A stretch of 64,000 bases of DNA from Candidatus Poribacteria bacterium (GCA_046582655.1 JAYGDX010000208.1:30361-94360); one strand, 5' to 3'; counted from the stretch's first letter, positions 50,979-61,109 are shown. A program made the numbers and translations. Notes: generated from the sequence alone by a model not told the origin.

Positions 50979-52493
50979 CTAGTCAATCGTTACTTGGCTT
51001 CCCCACCAGTCTTCGTTTGGCTGCCAGCTTGGGCTCAGGTACTCGGCATGCTCTGCTTCGAGCTTCGGCATCAACTCATGCTCCAACTTGTGTAGGCGAG
51101 CCCTTTCCTTCTCAGGATCGTATTGCGGATCGGGGACGGGGAACTTGGCACTGACTTCGGCCAGCCAACTGTCCAAGCGTTGGCGTAGCTCCGTTGCCTT
51201 GGTCCTGTTGTCGGCAATCACATCGTTCCGCTCACCCGGATCGGAATCCAGGTTGTACAGCTCATCATGACTATCTTCGTAGTAATGGATCATTTTCCAT
51301 GGACCGTTTTTAATGATCGACGAAGGATCCCCTCCTTGGTTGCCATAATGTGGGTAGTGCCAGAACAGATCGCGCTCGGCAATCTCCCTGTCCTGCTCAC
51401 CGCTCAACAATGAAACAATGCTTCTGCCATCGATCACCTGCTCTTGCGGGATGGGAATCCCGGTAAGCTCCAGGAATGTGGGGTAGAAATCGATCCCCGA
51501 CACCGGAACGCCGCAGGTCGAATTGGCCTTGATTAGTTCTGGGAACCTGAAATAGAATGGCTCACGAATGCCTCCCTCCCATTGGCGTCCCTTTCCTCCC
51601 CTTAGTGGTAGCATGGATGAAGAGTACGCATCGCCGGACGATACCCCTCCATTGTCCGATGTAAAACAGACGATCGTGTTCTCGGTTAGTTCATGTTTGT
51701 CAAGTGTATCGAGAACCAGACCAATGGCGTCATCCATTGCCTCAATCATGCCCGCATAGATTGGGCAGTCCTGCACTTGTCGCACAGGCAAGTTCCTGTC
51801 GAATATGAAACGTTTCTCCGGTGTTCCCTGAGTGATTGCTTTTCTCCTAAATTTCTCCCATCTGTCTTTGCTTGTCTGTATTGGCCCATGAACAGAGTAA
51901 AATGACAGATAGGCTAAGAATGGCTCATCTTTGTGATTGCCGATGAACTTTGCCGTCTCCCGGCCAAGTCGCATTGGCAGTGATTCACCATCTGGACCTG
52001 AATCAAGCTTCGGGTTGTTCCAAGGAGCAAAATACCCACCGCTTGGCGAGCCAACCCTCCATCCTCCCTTATTGATCTCGAATCCGAAATCCTCAGGATC
52101 AGCTCCTTCATCCCCAAGGTGCCATTTCCCTGCGAAGAAGGTACGATACCCTGAGCGCCGGAATACTTCAGCAAAGGTGATTTCTTCAGCACGAAGGCCA
52201 CGCTCGTAATCAGGTGGAAGCATTTTGCTGAATCGGCCAGCCTTTCGCCAAGCCTCTCCAGACGGAGCACCGATCCAATCTGTAATACCATGCTTCGGCG
52301 TGTACTTACCTGTAAGAATGCTCGCTCGTGAAGGACTGCAGACTTGACAAGCCGCATAGCCTCGCGTGAACCGCATTCCTTCGGACCCAATACGATCTAT
52401 ATTTGGGCTCTCATAGAAGTCACTACCATCGATGCTGAGGTCCTGCCAACCCAAATCGTCGGCAAGAATGTACAGTATGTTTGGTCGTTTCAT
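50979..52493 (-). CDS. Formylglycine-dependent (S1) sulfatase
   Basis: RPNILYILADDLG, CSPSRASILTG, GKWHLG, SVHGP, FTSDNGG, LRGGKG..WEGGIR, FWHYPHY, ELYNL..DPGE. Confidence 0.95.
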   Translation of the reverse strand: MKRPNILYILADDLGWQDLSIDGSDFYESPNIDRIGSEGMRFTRGYAACQVCSPSRASILTGKYTPKHGITDWIGAPSGEAWRKAGRFSKMLPPDYERGLRAEEITFAEVFRRSGYRTFFAGKWHLGDEGADPEDFGFEINKGGWRVGSPSGGYFAPWNNPKLDSGPDGESLPMRLGRETAKFIGNHKDEPFLAYLSFYSVHGPIQTSKDRWEKFRRKAITQGTPEKRFIFDRNLPVRQVQDCPIYAGMIEAMDDAIGLVLDTLDKHELTENTIVCFTSDNGGVSSGDAYSSSMLPLRGGKGRQWEGGIREPFYFRFPELIKANSTCGVPVSGIDFYPTFLELTGIPIPQEQVIDGRSIVSLLSGEQDREIAERDLFWHYPHYGNQGGDPSSIIKNGPWKMIHYYEDSHDELYNLDSDPGERNDVIADNRTKATELRQRLDSWLAEVSAKFPVPDPQYDPEKERARLHKLEHELMPKLEAEHAEYLSPSWQPNEDWWGSQVTID

Positions 52494-52646
52494 CTTTCTC
52501 CTTGAATCTAACGCTAGCTTGGTGTTGACTGACCATCAAAACTCATTAATGGTTAGTCAACCCCGACAATACTCGCTCCCAGTATTGAGAGGGAAGCCCG
52601 TCTTTCAATTTGTATATTGTATTCTCCACCCTTCCTTCTTTCCGAC

Positions 52647-52719
52647 ACCAAATGCGTAGCTGACCAGCTTTCAAGCGAGACGAGCGAGTTACCGTGTCGA
52701 CTCGACCTGTTGGTTAAAT
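52647..52719 (-). mobile_element. Degenerate attC-like site downstream of the SGNH gene
   Basis: Minus strand ATTTAAC (RYYYAAC) CAACAGGTCGAGTCGAC..CTCGCTCGTCTCGC..GGTCAGCTACGC-ATTTGGT (R' GTT>ATT), 22 nt after the stop codon. Confidence 0.55.
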
Positions 52720-52741
52720 TGTGGTTGTTTCATTCTGTGGA

Positions 52742-53473
52742 TTAGTACCCATAGTCTGTTTTCAAAGTTGACTCATCCCGCCAGCGGATACTGGTTTTCT
52801 CTGCCTCCTTGGTCTTCTTCGCTAAGCATGAGCAATTTTGGGCCAGTACCTCGAAGATCCGGTTGGCCACGACCCGGTGTCCGAGGTCATTCTGATGTAC
52901 ACCATCATAGTGTACCATCCAATCTGTCCTGCCGTTTACTGCTAGCAGGTCGACGTATAGACATTCGTGCTCGGTGGCTACTTCGGCGACAGCATGGCTG
53001 AAACACTCGAACAGAGAAAGGTCCGCGTGACTCCAAGCTGGTCCTCCCACAGTGAAGTCCGTCATGTAGTACGGACCTAGAAGCGCGATGACGGGTTCGA
53101 TATGCTCTCGCACGCAATCTACGAGATCAACCAGCCGCTCTCGAAATAGATCAAGCGACGTACCTCCGCGCGCATCGTTGAGCCCATAGGAGATGGTAAG
53201 CAGATCCGGTCGGTGAGCTATCACGTGCTTGTTGAGGCGCTCATCCGCAGCAGGCTTTCCGCTGTGCATATAGGCGGGGCTACGAGTTGAAATAACGTTT
53301 GCTCCGATTCCCGAATTGACCAACGCCATCGGGATGGACTGGAAGTCGTTGATAAGCGCAGCGAGAGTAGCCACCCAGCAGCGATTTGGCGATGTACTCC
53401 AGCCGCCGGCTGTCGTGCTTTCTCCTAGCGCAACCATCGTCCGAAATTCCTCGGCATGCCAGTCTTTTTTCAT
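52742..53473 (-). CDS. SGNH/GDSL hydrolase
   Basis: VALGESTTAG, NSGIG, ISYGLND, DGVHQND.GH. Confidence 0.88.
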   Translation of the reverse strand: MKKDWHAEEFRTMVALGESTTAGGWSTSPNRCWVATLAALINDFQSIPMALVNSGIGANVISTRSPAYMHSGKPAADERLNKHVIAHRPDLLTISYGLNDARGGTSLDLFRERLVDLVDCVREHIEPVIALLGPYYMTDFTVGGPAWSHADLSLFECFSHAVAEVATEHECLYVDLLAVNGRTDWMVHYDGVHQNDLGHRVVANRIFEVLAQNCSCLAKKTKEAEKTSIRWRDESTLKTDYGY

Positions 53474-54202
53474 TCTGAGTCCTCACTTAGGCAAACCAAC
53501 CATAGTATTAACTGGCAGTTTCCTGGACCAGTATATGCAATTCTCATGAGAAAAGCAACAGGGAAAAGCAGAGTTCAACACTTATTTCGAAGTGTATTTG
53601 TAGCCTATTCTAGGCGTTAGATGTGGACAATAACTGTCACACTCGGGTTTGGGATATAAACGATAATCAACGCGATTACTTAGATATCCAATAGCTTCAT
53701 CTCAATCCCCAGTGAATTGAGGGATGCCTCCAAATGCTGGAAGTACTTAACGCGGAGAGGCCTCAACATTCTTTTCTATGTTCACTGGGACTGCCAATCC
53801 TTCAATCCGTATCAGGGTAATCGTTGCAGAGAGGCTAAGACCAACTAGAATCCAAGCCTTTCTCCAACGATTGGCCAGTAGCCCAACGTCGCCGACTGGC
53901 GACATCAGCCAAGAATACTATTGAAGTCTACAACGAGCAGTTTAGTAAAATTGAGTTGGTATCTCTCCGGGCGACGGAACCCTGTATACAGGAAGTAGTT
54001 TCCAAGCAATAGGAGAGTTGTCTGCAGGCATAGTCTGCTGTCAAGGCTGTTGGGCATGAGCCTAGCCAAGGAGACCCTACCTATACCAAGTGTGATGTAA
54101 TAGCGAGAAGTCGTCCTCCAACCAACATGTCAACACCCAGCGCGAACGGATCGAGGAAGTGAGAACACAGTTTGAAACTGCATTTGGGATTGAAGGTTTC
54201 GT

Positions 54203-55876
54203 TCAAACGGAATTTTCACAACGGTGATAAGCATCCAGAGCTAAAATCGGGAACACAGATGCGTATATCGGATCAATATATCCACCGATAATTTCCCAGT
54301 AGATTCCAACGCAACTTGCATTCCATGATCCATCTGAATTTTGTCGGTTGATTAGGAATTCCAAACCTCGATGGGCAGATGGACTTTGGTGGTCAACAAT
54401 CAACAGGGCATATGTGCTCCAGGCTGTTTGTTCAACTGTACTATCGATCCGATTTCCAAACATATCTTCTCCCCAACCACCATCAGGGTTCTGCATACTT
54501 TCGAGCCATTTGATACCATCTCTAATTGCTGGGATATCATGATGCCTCGCCTTAACTATAGCGCATATGGCACAAGCTGTTCCATATGTTCGTTTAGCCA
54601 ACCAGAGGTCATCCCAAAAACCGTCACTGGATATGTGGGTTGCAAGCCAAGTGACGGCTTGGTCAATCTGTTTTTGGTATCCATTTGCCGCTAGGAACAC
54701 TTCAATTGCGTGCGCCGTAATGGAAACACATCCAACATCTCCTTCACCAGGAATATAGGTGCTCCAACTTCCATTATCTGCTTGATTTGTTATCAACCAA
54801 TCAAGCCCATGTTGAACTGTCTCATTGTTGACAGGCAAGCCGGATTTTAGCAGTGCGAGCACAGCTAAAGCCGTGTCATCGGCATCACACGGCAAACCAC
54901 CATCTGATAAGCCAGAAAAAGCCCAACCACCTTCCCTGTTTTGATGTTTGATCAGCCATTTTGCTCCTTCTGAGATGTGCTCTTTGTGGTTAGGATTACC
55001 TACCTCTGACAGCGCGATCAGGCTGAGCGAAGTATCCCAGATATTAAGATTAAGCGCTTCGCGACATCCGCCGTCAGGGTTCTTGGTTTGTTCTAGCCAT
55101 GATTGACTTTGCTTAATAAGCGCCAATGTTTGAGAATCATCCGAATATTTACTGAATTCAATCAGGGCGATCGTTGCTAAGGCCGTGATATAATTTACAC
55201 GAAACCAACTGCCATCACTTAGCACTTTACTTTGGAGCCATGAGAACAGATCGTTAATAGTATCAGCTCTTTTCTGTACTTCTAATTCTATCAGTAACAT
55301 AGCTGGTACGAGCGTTTGTTGTTCTGCGATAAAAAGATTACCGAAAGTCTCTGAATAGAAGAAATCGGGAGTTGGGATCAGATGTTTTGGCGGTTTGAGG
55401 AAAAGGCGTAAACGGGGAAAGGCTTTTAAAAACTTTTGTACAATTTTAATAATTGGAATAGCAAACTTAGGAGGGGTCAACCGATTCCAGTCATAATTTC
55501 CATGATATGCATATGCTAGCTTAATCAGACCAAGATTCATTGATAACAGGGGGATCTTACTCAGCGCAACCTGAATTTCTGAATTCGGTTTTTCTTTTTG
55601 AATCTGCTGAAGTATTAATTGGGCGAAAAGAGTTGCATTTTGATTTGGAATGCCGGACGCATCCAGCGACCACATGCCGTCCTGATCTTGGTTGGCTAGA
55701 AGCCAGTTGACAATTGAAATATCAGGTTGCTTGCCCATTGCAATCTGCGTCCAGGCGTAAGCGCAGGTAGGGAATGTCATGGAGGAAAGCTGACCTTGAA
55801 AGCATCCGGATGATTGCTGTTGATCCACCAGAAATTTGGTGCCAAGATGAAGTGCCATTTCAATATCAGCTTTCAT
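54203..55876 (-). CDS. Squalene-hopene cyclase-like (class II triterpene cyclase) protein
   Basis: Multiple QW repeats (NQDQDGMW, QNREGGWAF, NQADNGSW, QNPDGGWGE, QNSDGSW), IWDT.L, and an intact DxDD motif (CDADDTA); overlaps the purN stop (ATGA). Confidence 0.75.
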   Translation of the reverse strand: MKADIEMALHLGTKFLVDQQQSSGCFQGQLSSMTFPTCAYAWTQIAMGKQPDISIVNWLLANQDQDGMWSLDASGIPNQNATLFAQLILQQIQKEKPNSEIQVALSKIPLLSMNLGLIKLAYAYHGNYDWNRLTPPKFAIPIIKIVQKFLKAFPRLRLFLKPPKHLIPTPDFFYSETFGNLFIAEQQTLVPAMLLIELEVQKRADTINDLFSWLQSKVLSDGSWFRVNYITALATIALIEFSKYSDDSQTLALIKQSQSWLEQTKNPDGGCREALNLNIWDTSLSLIALSEVGNPNHKEHISEGAKWLIKHQNREGGWAFSGLSDGGLPCDADDTALAVLALLKSGLPVNNETVQHGLDWLITNQADNGSWSTYIPGEGDVGCVSITAHAIEVFLAANGYQKQIDQAVTWLATHISSDGFWDDLWLAKRTYGTACAICAIVKARHHDIPAIRDGIKWLESMQNPDGGWGEDMFGNRIDSTVEQTAWSTYALLIVDHQSPSAHRGLEFLINRQNSDGSWNASCVGIYWEIIGGYIDPIYASVFPILALDAYHRCENSV

Positions 55877-56481
55877 TCTTGTTTAATAATTACTCTTCGG
55901 TTGTCAATATGAATTAGATTTGCAGCAAACCATTTCACAACTTGTGGATAGATCTTATGTTCCTCTATCTGTATTCGTTGGTGCAAGCTTGATTCGTTGT
56001 CATCGTCGAGCACTGGTACTGGTACTTGGGTGATAATTGGTCCAGTATCAACTCCTTCGTCTACAAAATGAACGGTAACACCAGAAATTTTGGTGTGGTA
56101 AGCAAGAGTATCCGCTACAGCGTGAGCACCTGGAAACGCTGGTAACAATGATGGATGGATATTGATCAGTTGGTAACGATATCTCCGCACAAATGGGGGT
56201 TGAAAAATTTTCATATAGCCAGCAAGTAAAATCAGCTCAACCTCGTGGGTCTCAATTATTCCTGAGATTTTGGCATCAAAGGCGTTCCGGTCGGGAAAAT
56301 GTTTGAGTTGAATAACATAGGTTGGAATATCAACCTTTTTTGCTCTAACTAGTGCGTATGCTTTTGGTCGGTCACTAATGACAACAGCGATTTCTACGCC
56401 ACTATTAGAATCTAAGTGAAGTTGATCAATTAGCGTTTGTAGATTTGATCCGCTTCCGGAAACGAGAATTGCTATCTTCAT
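55873..56481 (-). CDS. purN: Phosphoribosylglycinamide formyltransferase
   Basis: IAILVSGSGSNLQ, LAGYM, NIHPSLLPAFPG, GVTVHFVDEGVDTGPII, EH.IYP. Confidence 0.96.
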   Translation of the reverse strand: MKIAILVSGSGSNLQTLIDQLHLDSNSGVEIAVVISDRPKAYALVRAKKVDIPTYVIQLKHFPDRNAFDAKISGIIETHEVELILLAGYMKIFQPPFVRRYRYQLINIHPSLLPAFPGAHAVADTLAYHTKISGVTVHFVDEGVDTGPIITQVPVPVLDDDNESSLHQRIQIEEHKIYPQVVKWFAANLIHIDNRRVIIKQE

Positions 56482-56625
56482 AATTCGGCAGATATATAGC
56501 AGGTGATAAACTTAGATGGGTCTTATTCCATCATTTGCTGGAGAGAACACACAAGCATTCAAACCACAGAAGCCAGCTTTACTACGATAAAGCAGGTGAA
56601 TGGACTCAGGGTTTGAAATTGTAAT

Positions 56626-56868
56626 TTAGGTTGGTATCTGAAGTTGAACAGACTGTTGCTTCTTTTCTTGATGTGTTTCGGGTGACGCGATCCAGCTACG
56701 GTAATCGTACCATTTGCGCAAAATTTCTAGCTCGAGCAAATCATTGTTAGTTAAATTTTGGCAATTCTGAAGCTGTTGCAGTTGGAATAGCAACTCCTCG
56801 TCTGTTTTCTCCATCAGATCAATTCGATCACAGCGGAAGAAGATTTCTCGACAGGGATCTAGGTTCAT
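56626..56868 (-). CDS. Small hypothetical protein
   Basis: 80-aa ORF translationally coupled (TAATG) to the upstream multidomain gene. Confidence 0.5.
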   Translation of the reverse strand: MNLDPCREIFFRCDRIDLMEKTDEELLFQLQQLQNCQNLTNNDLLELEILRKWYDYRSWIASPETHQEKKQQSVQLQIPT

Positions 56869-59800
56869 TATATAGCCTCACTAGTAGCTTTCAAACTCTC
56901 GATCTCTGATCTAACGTCAGCTACTATTTCTTGATACTTCTGATATTTGTTGCGATTAAGCAAATCGCTTTCTTGGTGACAAAAAATCGGTTCTCCGAAG
57001 GTGACCCGGATTTTGCTTTTGCGCAATTTTTTCTCTCCTTTTGGCCATGCCTGATATGTGCCTTCAATATAAGAAGGAATAATCGGCACGCCTGTTTTGA
57101 GCGCTAGCACACCTAAACCAGCTTTGAACAATTGCAGTTTGCCATCGATAGATCTGGTTCCCTCAGGATATATAAGAAGGCACAGATCTTCATTAAGTAT
57201 TTCCTTTGACATGTTAAGACTTTGCAGGGAGATAGTTTCCCGATCGAATGGTACCACATTCATGAAATTAGAAAAAAACCAAGATTTAATCTTACTGTCA
57301 AAAAAATATTCTTTGGCACCAGCCACTTGTAATCTTCGTGATTCACTACCCAGAGCAGTCATGATGGCTATAGTGTCAAGATGACTGGTATGGTTTGCAG
57401 CAATAATATAACGTTGGCCTTTGGGGATATGTTCTATCCCATCAGACCGAATGGAAAAATAACTGTGGCATAGGATGTACATACAAGCTCGAAACAGTTG
57501 AGAACATATCCCCAAGGCAACACCACGTTGATTGATCAGCACAGTGTGAATATCTGGCACCACATCAGCTTGGAATGTGGTCGATCTGATTTTTCTAATG
57601 GCTTTAAATATGTCACCAACTGTCTGAATCCCAGATACGATTTCATCTGGTATGTGTTTCTGCCCTTCGTTTTCCAGTAACAAAAGTAACTCAACTTTCA
57701 TAATTGAGTCGAGTGCCAAGTCTGTATCAATGTCCGTTTTAGTCCCAATTTGGTAGGCAGGGACATTTGACATCTGGCTCAATTCTAATATGATTCTCCA
57801 CTCCCAATCTTCTAGAGGTGTTGCAACTAAATTTGCCGAGGGTTCACTGCTTTTGGTCACGGTATGTTTTTCTACCCATCGTTTGACCTGGTGTCGATCG
57901 ATTTCTCCATTTCCTTTTTTCGGCAGATGATCATGCCATAGGAAATGACTCTTATGAATCTGCTGGTATGAAGGTAACTCCTCTCCGCATGTCTTCATGT
58001 GACCGCGTATTAACTGCTCGACCGCTTCCTGAGCGAGTTCATTATTTTCTTGTGGCTTGATAACCACATGTACTTCTTCGCTGATTGCGTCGGTAAGACT
58101 AATTCCAACGGCGCAGAGTTCATCAATCATTTCATTCTGACAATAAAGAGCCTCGATTTCAGTTGGGTACACATTTTTTCCCGCGCTAGTTACAATGACT
58201 TCCTTACTGCGCCCTGTGATATAGAGATATCCGTCATCGTCAAAACACCCCAAATCACCGGTGTGGAGATAGTCGTTTATGATAGCTCTTTCTGTAGCTT
58301 CCGGATTCTTGTAATAACCACGCATTACACTGGGACCTTTGGCGACAATCTCACCAATTCCATCGAAGTTTGCGTTTTTAATTTCAACCTTTGTCCCGTC
58401 GACAGCAAAACCAACAGATGAACGACGACTTTTTTTATAGGGGGTAACTGCTAAGACTGGGGCCGACTCTGTTAGGCCATAACCTTGATGAATTGTGATC
58501 CCAAGGCGATTAAAATTATCGTAAACTGTATTCGGTAAACTGGCACCACCGCTGACAAAAACACGTATTTTCCCTCCCATAGCTTGATGTGCCTTTTGAA
58601 TTATATCGGCATCAAATTTCACGTTTAATGGAGTGCTGTTTATAGCCAAGTTGGCCGATTTCGTTAGATGGCGCATAATAGTGTTGTAAAGCATTTGAAA
58701 AAACCTTGGCACCGCAACCATCACTGTCGTTTGCGTTTCACGCATAATTTCAAGCATGGCAGTTGGAGAGTTAAGATAAGTCACTGTTGTACCACCGTAA
58801 ATTGACATTAGAAATCCACTGGTAAATTCCAGTGCGTGGTACATCGGTAAAACTGATAGCATTTGATCAGTCTCATAAGGTTCTAAAACAGTTGCAACTG
58901 CTAGAACGTTTGAAATGAAGTTTCCATGTGACAGCATGGCTCCTTTCGGATCCGCAGCTGTACCGGAAGTAAATATAATCGATGCTATCTCATCCGGTTC
59001 AATTTTAATTTTGGGGAGTTCATCAGATAGATCAGGTAAATCAAGACGGCTGAGTTGAGTGGTCCCAAAGACTTGGCAGAAGTTATTAACGTTAAGGCAT
59101 TGAGGTGGGTTTTCGGTCGGTTTGCCAACAAATTTCTCAAGACGACTAAACAAATTGGTAGTCGTAAGTATAGCTTTTGCTGAAGTGAAATTAGCTAGGG
59201 CATAAACTTCACGTGACGATGTTTGTTGATCTATAGGAACGAGGACCAAACCAAGCTGAGAGGCGGCAAAATACGCGATTCCCCATTCGGGCTGATTCTC
59301 AGAAAATAAAATAACATGATCCCCCTTGCGTAAGCCTCTCTCCCACAGTGAGCTCGCTATACGGCGCGAAAGATCATAGAAATCGCTATATGTGTAGCGA
59401 ACCCAACCTTCTTTCCTCTTAATTTGAAGCGCTACCTTGTCCGGAAGTTTATCCGCTCTCCACTTTAGCAAGCTTGGAATATTTTGAAAGTTAGGTGCTA
59501 TTTTGTCTGATTCATCTGAGTATCTTTTTCCCTCTGCATTTCTCTCCAAATGGTCGAGCTCATCTTCCATCTTTAAAATATGGTGCTTGATGCCTGGGAT
59601 GTGGATTTGTTGTAGATAATGTTTCCAGTCGATTCGAGATGGATCGAAGTTATAGATTTGCTGTTCCTCTGGTGAAAGGGACTGATGTAATTCGGTCGCC
59701 TTTCTGGTCTCAAAATCGAAATTTAAACTTGCATATGGACCATAAATATCAGTGTAATAGAGCAACCTCTCAATCGCATTTTGAAGGATAGAAATACGTC

Positions 59801-61109
59801 GATTCTTTTTTGAAGCCCATTTCATCGGGGTTTTCTTCAAGATCCAGCTGAGTGTTCTGAGGTGACGAAGTTTTCCCTCAAACTTTCTTGCGAATTTCTC
59901 TTTTGAGAGAAACTTCCATTCTGATATTGAGATAGGATTTCCTTTATCAACCATTGGGTGTTTCCTAAAATATTCAATTGTCAAATCGTGTAGACGTTGA
60001 AAAGATAAAGGATTAGTGTGACCACTTGATATATGATAAATTTCAATCCCACCATTGTCATAGGATCTTGTCGCTGCTGCCAGTGTTGCATTAACAACGA
60101 TGTCAACAGGGATAATATCCAAAGTAATATTTGGTTTAGCTGGAAAATCTGGAAGCCGTCCTTTACCAAATCCAATAATTATTGGATCCGCCATTCGTAG
60201 GCCTGCCAACCATCCAGGTGACGGTTCTTCGAGGCTACTTTCAATAATAGAGGGTCTGATAATCGCTACGGGAAGGTTGTCACGCATTTTCGCAACTGCT
60301 TGTTCTCCTAATGCTTTGGTATAGGTATAGATGTCATTCCAACCGCGCATAGAAGCATGATTTCGACCAGCTTTAATAAGTTGGTCCTCTACCCACTTTT
60401 TTCTTGATTTTTTAGTGATCTCTCTAAAGGATTGGAATGAATCCTCCGATTGAGTTATTTGCTCCCGAATCCGCTGACCAATTCCAAGCATTCCTTCTAT
60501 CTCTGCCTCAAAGGTTTCGGGAGGAGGATACTCTTTGCCGCGTAGTTCCTTCACTAAATCCTCGTAGGGAAGGTGCAATTCCTCGGGGACTCGACCAGTC
60601 CGATTGCCACATGTGTAGGCCGTTGAAATATGAACGAAGACGGCATTATCGCATTGACGTGTGAACTCAACTGCGTGTTGAACAGAGATAACGTTCATCC
60701 GTATGGCATCGTCAATTGGAGCGTCAAATTGAACAATGGCCGCGCTATTAATAAAAATTTGGACTTCTCTAATTAATTTAGTGTACCAGTCTTCAGATAA
60801 TCCAAGTTTTTCGCGACTTAAATTTCCACTAACGGCGAATACTTTTTGACCAATCCAACCCTCAAACTCTTTCCCATGAATCTGACGTAACTGAGTAAAG
60901 ACACTGGAGTTAAAAAACTCGGTTTCCAGGCGTTCCTGTGCCGTTTTGATGGTACCGTTGGATCCAACGGTATCCCGGATAATCAGGTAGATTTTTTGGA
61001 CTGTCGGTAAGCTGGTTAAAATCTTTGCAACCAGAGGCTGCCCTACGAACCCCGTTGCGCCTGTGATAAGCACAATCTTCCCTTGGAAAAATTCAGAGAT
61101 TGTTGTCAT
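56868..61109 (-). CDS. Multifunctional fatty-acyl reductase (NAD_binding_4 + Sterile) - acyl-CoA/AMP ligase - ACP - PlsC-type acyltransferase, ElbD-like
   Basis: LITGATGFVG, HISTAY, YTYTKALGE, IRPSII; FTSGT..PKG, QGYGLTE, HTGDLG, GR.KE; LALDSIMKVEL (ACP Ser); ANHTSHLD, IYPEGTRS; ATG at 61109 preferred. Confidence 0.88.
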   Translation of the reverse strand: MTTISEFFQGKIVLITGATGFVGQPLVAKILTSLPTVQKIYLIIRDTVGSNGTIKTAQERLETEFFNSSVFTQLRQIHGKEFEGWIGQKVFAVSGNLSREKLGLSEDWYTKLIREVQIFINSAAIVQFDAPIDDAIRMNVISVQHAVEFTRQCDNAVFVHISTAYTCGNRTGRVPEELHLPYEDLVKELRGKEYPPPETFEAEIEGMLGIGQRIREQITQSEDSFQSFREITKKSRKKWVEDQLIKAGRNHASMRGWNDIYTYTKALGEQAVAKMRDNLPVAIIRPSIIESSLEEPSPGWLAGLRMADPIIIGFGKGRLPDFPAKPNITLDIIPVDIVVNATLAAATRSYDNGGIEIYHISSGHTNPLSFQRLHDLTIEYFRKHPMVDKGNPISISEWKFLSKEKFARKFEGKLRHLRTLSWILKKTPMKWASKKNRRISILQNAIERLLYYTDIYGPYASLNFDFETRKATELHQSLSPEEQQIYNFDPSRIDWKHYLQQIHIPGIKHHILKMEDELDHLERNAEGKRYSDESDKIAPNFQNIPSLLKWRADKLPDKVALQIKRKEGWVRYTYSDFYDLSRRIASSLWERGLRKGDHVILFSENQPEWGIAYFAASQLGLVLVPIDQQTSSREVYALANFTSAKAILTTTNLFSRLEKFVGKPTENPPQCLNVNNFCQVFGTTQLSRLDLPDLSDELPKIKIEPDEIASIIFTSGTAADPKGAMLSHGNFISNVLAVATVLEPYETDQMLSVLPMYHALEFTSGFLMSIYGGTTVTYLNSPTAMLEIMRETQTTVMVAVPRFFQMLYNTIMRHLTKSANLAINSTPLNVKFDADIIQKAHQAMGGKIRVFVSGGASLPNTVYDNFNRLGITIHQGYGLTESAPVLAVTPYKKSRRSSVGFAVDGTKVEIKNANFDGIGEIVAKGPSVMRGYYKNPEATERAIINDYLHTGDLGCFDDDGYLYITGRSKEVIVTSAGKNVYPTEIEALYCQNEMIDELCAVGISLTDAISEEVHVVIKPQENNELAQEAVEQLIRGHMKTCGEELPSYQQIHKSHFLWHDHLPKKGNGEIDRHQVKRWVEKHTVTKSSEPSANLVATPLEDWEWRIILELSQMSNVPAYQIGTKTDIDTDLALDSIMKVELLLLLENEGQKHIPDEIVSGIQTVGDIFKAIRKIRSTTFQADVVPDIHTVLINQRGVALGICSQLFRACMYILCHSYFSIRSDGIEHIPKGQRYIIAANHTSHLDTIAIMTALGSESRRLQVAGAKEYFFDSKIKSWFFSNFMNVVPFDRETISLQSLNMSKEILNEDLCLLIYPEGTRSIDGKLQLFKAGLGVLALKTGVPIIPSYIEGTYQAWPKGEKKLRKSKIRVTFGEPIFCHQESDLLNRNKYQKYQEIVADVRSEIESLKATSEAI

